Shown here: piece by piece, positions 57,029 through 64,000 of the stretch
How the letters are laid out: each line of letters begins with the position of its first letter
Position numbering within the stretch: position 1 is the stretch's first letter
Source: Candidatus Latescibacterota bacterium
GTDB taxonomy: Bacteria; Latescibacterota; UBA2968; GCA-2709665
Assembly (NCBI GenBank): GCA_965208835.1
Contig: OZ242358.1
Location: 1,472,001-1,536,000 of the forward strand
Direction of reading: 5' to 3'
DNA: 64,000 nucleotides
Program-made: the position numbers and the translations under genes
Notes under the pieces: model-generated
What the model was told of the DNA's origin: nothing
The model's input: only the letters and a program-made list of their open reading frames with translations
Database searches by the model: none

Positions 57029-58027
57029 ATGAACCGATTTGCGGTCCTGAAACGGGCTTTCGTTGCGGTAATTGTTATCGTGCTGGGCGCGTTTGCGTGT
57101 GAGTCTCCGGAGAGTGAGCGTGAAACATCCGCTCCGGAACGGCGGTTTCTGAGCGTGGGCACGGCACCGCCCGGCGGGGCGTTTTTCGTGGTCGGCGGGG
57201 CGATCGCCCAGGTTGTGGACGACCATGGGGGAGACCTGTCGTGGGACGTGACCGCGGAGGCGACCAAGGGGACGCAGGAGAATATCCGCCGGCTCGTGCG
57301 CGGGGAACTGGATTTCGCCCTGGCCAATGCCGCGATTTCCTATTTCGCGGTGCGCGGCGAGGGCGCCTGGGGTGAAAGGCAGGAGATCAACGCCGTCATG
57401 ACGCTGGCGCCTAATATCGCCCTGTTCGTAACGCCGGAGGGAACAGGCATCCGCGCCATGGGCGATCTCAAGGGCAAACGGGTGGTCGTTGGCCCGGCGG
57501 GCGCCGGGTTCGAGTACTTTCTTGCGCCGATCCTGGAGGCGCACGGCGTCACCTATGACGACTTCAGCCCGCTGCACAATACGCAGGCGGGGGCCGTGGA
57601 TATGCTTGCTGACGGTTCCGCCGCTGCGGCGTTTCTGGGCGGCGCCGTGCCGACCGCGTCCATTACCCAGGCGAGCGCTTCACAGGACATCTATTTCATT
57701 CCGTTCGGCGAAACCGCAAGAGAGCGCCTCTTTAGGGACTATCCGTTCTTCAACGCGGCGAGTATTCCCCCGGAAACCTATCGCGGTCAGACCGAGACAT
57801 TCGAAGGCATGAACGTGGGTTCGATGCACCTGGTGACGCCGGCGGCCCTGGACGAGGAGACTGTCTACCGGTTCACGAGGATCCTTTACGAGAACCGCGC
57901 GGACGTGGTCAGCAAGCACCCCGCGGGCAAGGCCATCAACCCGGCGAACGTGATCAGGGATACGGGCACGCCCTTCCATCCCGGGGCGGTCAGATATTAC
58001 CGCGAAATCGGGATCTGGCCCAACTGA
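57029..58027 (+). CDS. TAXI-family TRAP transporter solute-binding lipoprotein
   Basis: AFAC lipobox; GTAPPGG, T.GTQEN and PFHPGAVRYY motifs. Confidence 0.92.
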   Translation: MNRFAVLKRAFVAVIVIVLGAFACESPESERETSAPERRFLSVGTAPPGGAFFVVGGAIAQVVDDHGGDLSWDVTAEATKGTQENIRRLVRGELDFALANAAISYFAVRGEGAWGERQEINAVMTLAPNIALFVTPEGTGIRAMGDLKGKRVVVGPAGAGFEYFLAPILEAHGVTYDDFSPLHNTQAGAVDMLADGSAAAAFLGGAVPTASITQASASQDIYFIPFGETARERLFRDYPFFNAASIPPETYRGQTETFEGMNVGSMHLVTPAALDEETVYRFTRILYENRADVVSKHPAGKAINPANVIRDTGTPFHPGAVRYYREIGIWPN

Positions 58028-58028
58028 A

Positions 58029-59939
58029 ATGCTCGAATCGTGGCACTTTCGCGTCCTGGCGACCCTGCTGAGTGTTTTCGTCCTGGCGGAGGTCAACTAT
58101 CCGGAACTGACGCCTCAAGCCCAACTGGCGGTTTTTGCCATGTTGGGCTTGAGTCTTGTTTTTTTGAAACACCCGATCCGCGCCGGCGCGGCCGGGGTCA
58201 TGTCAGTACGGGTGTTTGACTATTTCCTCGTCGCGGCTGTCTTCCTCTGTTTCGGATACGTGCTTGTCCAGACCGAGCCCGTCTTCAGGAACTGGTGGCT
58301 GGATGGCCGCAGCCTCGGCAACCGCGCGGGCTTGGAGCGTCCTCCGGACTGGACGGTCGGCCTGGTTGGCCTGGTTCTCGTTCTCGAGGCGACCCGCCGG
58401 GCGATCGGCCCCACCCTTCCGCTGCTTGCCCTCGCCTTCCTGGCATACGCCGCCTTCGGTCACGTCATGCCGGACTGGTTCTTCCCTCACCGGGGCTACG
58501 GCTGGGAGCGTATCGTCTCCCAGGCTTTTCTGCATTCGCAGGGTGTCTTCGGCATCGCGCTGAAAGTAATGTTCACCTATGTGTTTCTCTTCGTTCTGTT
58601 CGGCACGACGCTGGAAGGCACCGGTGCGACGGGCTACGTGCTGGATGCCGCGCGCCGGTTTTTCGGGAAGCGCACGGGCGGACCCGCGAAGGTCGCCGTT
58701 GTCGCTTCAGGCGTAATGGGTTCGCTTTCCGGCAGTGCGGTCGCCAACACGGCCACAACGGGTACGTTCACGATCCCGATGATGCGTTCGGCCGGATTCC
58801 GGCCCGTGGCGGCGGGGGGGATCGAGTCGGCGGCCAGCTCGGGCGGGGCGCTGGTGCCGCCGATCATGGGCGCGGGCGCCTATATGATGCTGGAAATGGT
58901 GGAACCGGCGGTTACCTATCTTGAGATCGTGAAAGCGGCGCTCATCCCGGCGGCATTCTACTATACGGCGCTTCTGCTGATCGTCCACTTCTACGCGCGG
59001 CGCATCCGGGTTGTCGCGGGCGATGAAGTGCCAAGGAGTCGTCCACCGGGCGCCCGGGGCCTCGTCTTTCTGGTGGCTCTCGTGAGCCTCGTCGCGCTGA
59101 TCATACTGGGGTATACGCCGTTCCGGGCGGTCAGCATCGCGCTGGCGTGCATGCTCCTGACCGCCGCATTGATGCCGTCGACGCGAATGGGGCCGCGCGC
59201 GCTGCTGCGCGCGGTGGAAAGCGCGGCTCACGGCGGGGTGTCTCTCATTGCGGCGGCCGCCTGCGTGGGAATTATCATCGGGGTCGTCACGCTAACGGGT
59301 ATCGGCGCCAAACTGCCCGGCGCCATTCTGCTGCTGGCGCAGAACAACCTGGTCCTGGCCCTCATTCTGCTGATGGTATCCACCATTATTCTGGGAATGG
59401 GCCTGCCTTCGGCCGTATGCTACCTCCTCATGGCCACGCTTGTCGGCCCCGTCCTGGGCGGGCTGGGCGTCGTTCCGTTGGCGGCGCATATGTTCATCTT
59501 CTATTTCGGGATGATGTCGATGGTGACGCCACCCGTTGCGCTCGCGGCCTATACCGCCGCGGCGATCGCCAGGGCGGACATCATGCGGACCGGGGTCGCC
59601 GCGTTTCGCTTCGCCCTGGTCGGCTTCGCCCTTCCCTACGCGTTCGTACTGCATCCCGAACTGCTTCTCGTCTCGCCCGACCTCGCGTCGACCCTCGTCA
59701 ACGTCCTCGTCGTCTTCGCCGGGATTCTTCCGCTGGCTGTCGCCATTTCGGGATACGGCTTCGGGCCCCTCAAAGCGTGGCAGCGCGCCATTCTCCTGAT
59801 TGCGGCGCTCGTCCTGTTTCTGACGCCCACCGGCGCATACCGGGTCTGGCTGCAGGGCTCCGCCATTCTGGTTTCCGGGATCATCGCCATTGCGAACCGG
59901 CGGTCTGCTCGTCGCGATTCCCCGTCATCGGCTTCCTGA
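58029..59939 (+). CDS. TRAP transporter fused permease (4TM/12TM)
   Basis: GGPAKVAV, SGSAVAN, PPIMGAGA, ILGMGLP and TPPVALA motifs. Confidence 0.92.
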   Translation: MLESWHFRVLATLLSVFVLAEVNYPELTPQAQLAVFAMLGLSLVFLKHPIRAGAAGVMSVRVFDYFLVAAVFLCFGYVLVQTEPVFRNWWLDGRSLGNRAGLERPPDWTVGLVGLVLVLEATRRAIGPTLPLLALAFLAYAAFGHVMPDWFFPHRGYGWERIVSQAFLHSQGVFGIALKVMFTYVFLFVLFGTTLEGTGATGYVLDAARRFFGKRTGGPAKVAVVASGVMGSLSGSAVANTATTGTFTIPMMRSAGFRPVAAGGIESAASSGGALVPPIMGAGAYMMLEMVEPAVTYLEIVKAALIPAAFYYTALLLIVHFYARRIRVVAGDEVPRSRPPGARGLVFLVALVSLVALIILGYTPFRAVSIALACMLLTAALMPSTRMGPRALLRAVESAAHGGVSLIAAAACVGIIIGVVTLTGIGAKLPGAILLLAQNNLVLALILLMVSTIILGMGLPSAVCYLLMATLVGPVLGGLGVVPLAAHMFIFYFGMMSMVTPPVALAAYTAAAIARADIMRTGVAAFRFALVGFALPYAFVLHPELLLVSPDLASTLVNVLVVFAGILPLAVAISGYGFGPLKAWQRAILLIAALVLFLTPTGAYRVWLQGSAILVSGIIAIANRRSARRDSPSSAS

Positions 59940-59974
59940 GCGCTGACGTGGACTGATTCGGTTTTTTGGTTTTA

Positions 59975-59998
59975 GCTGACCGCTGATGGCTGATCGCC
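59975..59998 (+). repeat. Heptamer run (GCTGAnn)n between convergent genes
   Basis: GCTGACC GCTGATG GCTGATC. Confidence 0.55.
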
Positions 59999-60035
59999 AG
60001 GTCGGGGGCGGCGCCTGGGCTGTTGTGCGAACCCG

Positions 60036-61601
60036 CTACGGCGAAACGCCTCTCTTGTCGGTGGGGCCGAGCAGGGCTTTGAGGCGATTGCGGGTGAGGG
60101 AAATGAAGTTGCAGAGAAAGGGGCGGGTTTCGCGCGGATCGATGATTTCCTCCACCGCGAAGGCTTCGGCGGAGCGAAACGGGGACGCGAATTGGCGAAG
60201 CTCCTCTTCGAGCTCCTTCTCGCGGGCCGCCGGGTCTTCGGAGTTGGCGATATCCCGACGGTAGGCGGCGGCAACCCCGCCTTCTATGGGCAGCGAGCCC
60301 CACTCACCGGAGGGCCAGGCGATCTTGAAGTCCAGTTCGTCCATGTCGCCCGCGGCCATTCCGGCCATGCCGTAACACTTCCGGATGACGAGGGTGAGGA
60401 TGGGCACCCGAACGCGGTGAATCGCGAACACAGCCTTCATCCCTTCGCGGAGGGTGGCCTCCTGTTCGGCGGCGGTGCCGATCATGAATCCGGGGATGTC
60501 CACAAGAAAGATCAGCGGGATGTGAAAGCAGTCGCACAGTTCGATGAAATGGGTCTGTTTCCTGGCCTCGCCGGCGCCCATCGCGCCGCCGGAAACCATG
60601 GGGTTGTTGGCGACGATCCCTACCGGGTGGCCGTTGAGCCGCGCGAGGCAGGTGATGAGCGCGCGTCCGAACGTCGGCTGGATTTCAAAGATGGAGCCCT
60701 TGTCCACCACCAGTTCGACCAGGCGATGCATCGAATAGGGGGAGGTGCGTTCCCGGGGGACGATGGACAACAGTTCTTCTTCGCACCGGTCGACCGGGTC
60801 GTCGCTGGACTCGGCGGGAGGCAGTTCCCACACGTTCTGCGGCATGTAGGACAGAAACCGCCGGATCATGTAAAAGCATTCGCGTTCGGTATCGACCGCG
60901 TTGTCCACCGTGCCGGCCGTGTCCACCGCGATGTGATGTCCGCCAAGATCATCCTTCGACACCTCTACCCCGAGCGCCCGCTTGACGAGGGGCGGGCCCC
61001 CTGAAAATATCTGGCTCGTGCGTCGTACCATGACGGACCAGTGCGAGAGGATGGCCCGTCCGGCGGGTCCGCCGGCCGCGCTGCCCAGGACGGCGGATAC
61101 GACCGGGACTTCGCCCAGGAGCTGGACGGAGCGGCCGAAACTGCTGACGCCGGGGAATACGGTGTAACCCCGTTTTACGGCGCCGCGGACCGAGCCGCCG
61201 GCCCCGTCGGAGAGGTTGATGAGCGGAATGAGATACTTGGACGCGAGGTCTTCGATAAACCCGCCCTGACCCCCCTTTCGCCGGTGCGTGCCGGGACTGC
61301 TGCCGCCCCGGACAGTAAAATCCTCTCCCCCGATGGCCACGGGTCTTCCGTTGATGCGGGCCACGCCCATAATGTAGGGGGCGGGCTGCACGCCGACGAC
61401 GTTGCCCGCGTCGTCGTACTCGCCTGTGCCGCTGAGGCTCCCGACTTCCGAGAACGAGCCTCCGTCCACCAGAGCGTCGATGCGTTCGCGAATGGTGAGC
61501 TTTCCCTGTCCGTGGTGGCGTTCGACGTTCTCGGAACCGCCCATCTCTCTGGACCAGGACCGACGCGCCTCGAGTTCTTCGCTCTCTTTCTGCCAGCTCA
61601 T
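60036..61601 (-). CDS. Acyl-CoA carboxylase carboxyltransferase (beta-subunit family)
   Basis: GKLTIRERI, DFTVRGGS, DIPGF, RKCYG and IIDPRETR motifs; GGAG RBS before the ATG at 61601. Confidence 0.92.
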   Translation of the reverse strand: MSWQKESEELEARRSWSREMGGSENVERHHGQGKLTIRERIDALVDGGSFSEVGSLSGTGEYDDAGNVVGVQPAPYIMGVARINGRPVAIGGEDFTVRGGSSPGTHRRKGGQGGFIEDLASKYLIPLINLSDGAGGSVRGAVKRGYTVFPGVSSFGRSVQLLGEVPVVSAVLGSAAGGPAGRAILSHWSVMVRRTSQIFSGGPPLVKRALGVEVSKDDLGGHHIAVDTAGTVDNAVDTERECFYMIRRFLSYMPQNVWELPPAESSDDPVDRCEEELLSIVPRERTSPYSMHRLVELVVDKGSIFEIQPTFGRALITCLARLNGHPVGIVANNPMVSGGAMGAGEARKQTHFIELCDCFHIPLIFLVDIPGFMIGTAAEQEATLREGMKAVFAIHRVRVPILTLVIRKCYGMAGMAAGDMDELDFKIAWPSGEWGSLPIEGGVAAAYRRDIANSEDPAAREKELEEELRQFASPFRSAEAFAVEEIIDPRETRPFLCNFISLTRNRLKALLGPTDKRGVSP

Positions 61602-61687
61602 CCGGATCTCCTGTACGACGGTTGGTACGCCTTCCGCTGTCTCCTTTGCAGCGTTTCCCGGCGCGTGCGTACGCCCGATTTCGCTTA

Positions 61688-61767
61688 TCATTACGCTGAC
61701 AAAGTGGCTTTGCAGACGAGGCCGCGAGAGTTGGCCGCGGCCCGGAGGGGCTTTTTCAACGGGCTGT
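61688..61767. mobile_element. Internally deleted copy of the IS5/IS1182-like MITE
   Basis: CGCTGACAAAGTGGCTTTGCAGACGAGG joined to GGCCGCGAGAG...GGGCTTTTTCAACGGGCTGT; both parts match 8659-8820. Confidence 0.6.
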
Positions 61768-62978
61768 CAGGCCTGGTAAACGGTTTCCTGACGGACCAGC
61801 GCGTCGATTTCGCCGGGTTCGAACTCAGCCACCCGTTCCAGTACGCCCCGGGTGTCAACGCCAACTTCCCGCCCGGCCCAGCGCACGGCGCCGGGCGTTT
61901 CCGAGAGAACGGGTACGACGCCCGGCAGCGTGACCGTACCCAGAACGTCGTCCGGCGTTTCGAGCAGCATATCCCGCGCCTTGTAGTGTTCATCACCGAA
62001 AATGTCCCGCAATGTAAATATCCGGGCGGCGGGTACGGCGCTCGCGTCCAACATCCGCTCCAGGTCCGGGAGCGGATGTACTGAAGTCCAGTCGGCGACG
62101 ATGTCGTCGATGTCGTCTTCGTGACCGGACCGCGCGGTGGGTGTCCGGAAGCGCTCGTCCACGGCCAGTTCCGGGGCGTCCATACAGGCCGCCAGGCGCT
62201 CGAAGGTCGCGTTGTTGCCGGCGGTGATGTGGATGAAGTCGCCGTCAGCCGTGGGATAGAGATTGTTGGGCGTGCTGTTCGGCAGCCGGGACCCGGTGCG
62301 GGTGGGCACCGACCCGAGCTCGGCGAACGCTGGAACATGGGGTTCCATAAAGCTGAACGCCCCCTCGTACAGCGCCGCGTCGACGACCTGGCCCGTGCCG
62401 GTCCGGGTCCGGGAAAAGAGCGCCATTACCGTGCCGAAAGCGGCGTACAGCCCGGTAATGCAGTCCGTTAGGGAGATGCTCACGCGGCTGGGCGGGCGAT
62501 CCGGTTCGCCCGTTATTTCCCTGAGGCCCCCCACGGCCTCGCTGGTGACGCCGTATCCGGGGCGATGGCGGTATGGGCCCGTTTGTCCGTACCCGCTGAT
62601 GCGTGCGAGGATCAACCCTGGATTGACTGCCGAGAGGGCGTCGTAGCCCAGATTCCACTCTTCCAGCTTTCCCGGCCGGAAATTCTCAACGATCACGTCG
62701 GAGGCTTTCGCCAGCCGCTTGATGACATCCTGTCCGGCGGGTGTTCTCAGGTCCACCGAAATGAGGTGTTTGTTGCGCAGAATGCTGGCCGCGTAGAGCG
62801 ACCGGCCCCGGCTGCGTTTGCCCATCTGGCGCACGGGGTCTCCGGACGGCGGCTCCACTTTGATGACTTCCGCGCCGAAATCAGCCAACAGGCGTCCGCA
62901 GAACGGACCGGAAACGGTGCTGCCCATTTCCAGCACCCGGCATCCGGCCAGGGGTCCGGCGTTGTTGGACGGCGCCAT
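61767..62978 (-). CDS. CaiB/BaiF family III CoA-transferase
   Basis: PLAGCRVLE, GAEVIKVEP, ENFRPG, ISGYGQTGPY and GQVVD motifs. Confidence 0.92.
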   Translation of the reverse strand: MAPSNNAGPLAGCRVLEMGSTVSGPFCGRLLADFGAEVIKVEPPSGDPVRQMGKRSRGRSLYAASILRNKHLISVDLRTPAGQDVIKRLAKASDVIVENFRPGKLEEWNLGYDALSAVNPGLILARISGYGQTGPYRHRPGYGVTSEAVGGLREITGEPDRPPSRVSISLTDCITGLYAAFGTVMALFSRTRTGTGQVVDAALYEGAFSFMEPHVPAFAELGSVPTRTGSRLPNSTPNNLYPTADGDFIHITAGNNATFERLAACMDAPELAVDERFRTPTARSGHEDDIDDIVADWTSVHPLPDLERMLDASAVPAARIFTLRDIFGDEHYKARDMLLETPDDVLGTVTLPGVVPVLSETPGAVRWAGREVGVDTRGVLERVAEFEPGEIDALVRQETVYQA

Positions 62979-62979
62979 A

Positions 62980-63999
62980 TTATCGGACGTTCGGGGATGG
63001 GATTTCGACACAGACGGCGCCCGGCACTTCAACAGGGCTGCCGACGGGCTCAAGGGCGCCGGTGTCGGGGACGATCCGGAAACATGAGACCGCGTTGCCG
63101 CGCTGATTGGCGGCCAGGAGGTAGTTGCCGGAGGGATCGAATTCCAGGTTCCACGGCCATGCCCCGCACGAAGGCTCGTGAGCCAGCGGCGTGAGTTCCC
63201 CCGTCGCCCCGTCGATCGACATCACCGCAATGCTGTCGTGGCCGCGGTTGGAGCCGTACAGAAAGCGGCCGGATGGATGGACCCGGATGTCGGCGCAGAA
63301 GTTCTCGCCGTCGTAGTCTCCGGGCAGGGCGGAAAGGGTCTGCCGTTCGGTGAGGGATCCGCATTCGGCATCGTAGTCGAAGACGGAAATCGTGCTGTCG
63401 AGTTCGTTGATCACGTATGCCCTGCTGCCGTCGGGATGGAAGGAGATGTGTCTGGGGCCTGCGCCCGCCCGGGTCGAAACCGACACCTGCCCGGTCGGCT
63501 CGATGGTCGCCGTGGGTGCGTCCAGTTCATAGCACATGACTTTGTCGATACCCAGGTCCGCGGAAAAAGCGAAACGATGATCTGGCGAGAGGACGATGGA
63601 GTGTACGTGAGGCGCCTCCTGCCGTCCTGCGTCGACGCCGGATCCCTCGTGCCGGACGACCTGGGCAACCGGTTCGATACGGCCTTCCTCATCGATCGGC
63701 AATGTGCTCACGCTGCCCGATTCGTAGTTTCCCGCGAGCAGACAGCGGCCGGTCCGGTCGACGCTGAGATAGCAGGGCAGGTCTCCGCCGGCATGTTGCT
63801 CATTGAGCAGCTCAAGGCCGCCGGATTCCGGATCGATGGAGAACGACTTGATGCTGCCTCCCGGTCTGCCGTCGAATTCATCCACGGCGCAGGCGGCATA
63901 GAGGAAACGCGCACCGGCGTCGGCGGCGAGGAAGAAGGGGTTGTGCACGTCCGGCACCTTCGAGACGGCTTCGAGTTCCCCGGACGCGGTATCCAGCTT
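62980..63999 (-). CDS. Lactonase family protein (6-phosphogluconolactonase Pgl-like), 5'-truncated by the window edge
   Basis: NYESG, RQEAPHVH, DLGID, GAGPRH, NELDST and SNRGHDS motifs; frame is open to the end of the window. Confidence 0.9.
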   Translation of the reverse strand, partial: KLDTASGELEAVSKVPDVHNPFFLAADAGARFLYAACAVDEFDGRPGGSIKSFSIDPESGGLELLNEQHAGGDLPCYLSVDRTGRCLLAGNYESGSVSTLPIDEEGRIEPVAQVVRHEGSGVDAGRQEAPHVHSIVLSPDHRFAFSADLGIDKVMCYELDAPTATIEPTGQVSVSTRAGAGPRHISFHPDGSRAYVINELDSTISVFDYDAECGSLTERQTLSALPGDYDGENFCADIRVHPSGRFLYGSNRGHDSIAVMSIDGATGELTPLAHEPSCGAWPWNLEFDPSGNYLLAANQRGNAVSCFRIVPDTGALEPVGSPVEVPGAVCVEIPSPNVR

Positions 64000-64000
64000 G

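Overview
A GC-rich bacterial chromosomal window, mostly on the + strand, with about 45 credible CDSs and no rRNA, tRNA or CRISPR that I can support. All family calls come from motif recognition by eye; no search was run. 1-13 kb holds metabolic genes: acyl-CoA synthetase, Ldh_2 oxidoreductase, proA, an M16 lipoprotein protease, Gfo/Idh/MocA, a DMFase-like protein, a PHP protein and acetolactate synthase. 13.2-22.1 kb is an accessory zone: nested palindromic repeats, Uma2/IS21/IS3/IS256 remnants, a TonB receptor + DUF4249-like lipoprotein pair, and a Panacea-type toxin-antitoxin pair between hairpin direct repeats. 22-34 kb holds glycan and sugar-acid genes: heparinase II/III-like, GT39+GT2, LarA family, an RG-lyase-like protein and two Gfo/Idh/MocA. 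The best candidate for an undescribed system is a co-directional ~22 kb cluster (34.4-56.8 kb) with no PKS/NRPS/RiPP core. It encodes a GriC/GriD-like carboxylate reductase pair, an Fe-ADH, a HemN-like radical SAM enzyme, a PaaK-like ligase, a halogenase-type flavoprotein, a GT4, a thioesterase, a TonB receptor, a large ABC system and three secreted PQQ-like beta-propellers. The second candidate is non-coding: elements bounded by inverted 7-nt tandem-repeat arms. One carries a four-helix-bundle gene plus two extra copies of that gene's 3' end, and another is amplified into a 7 x ~82 bp array. The window ends with a TAXI-TRAP transporter and a minus-strand lactonase/CoA-transferase/carboxyltransferase run.
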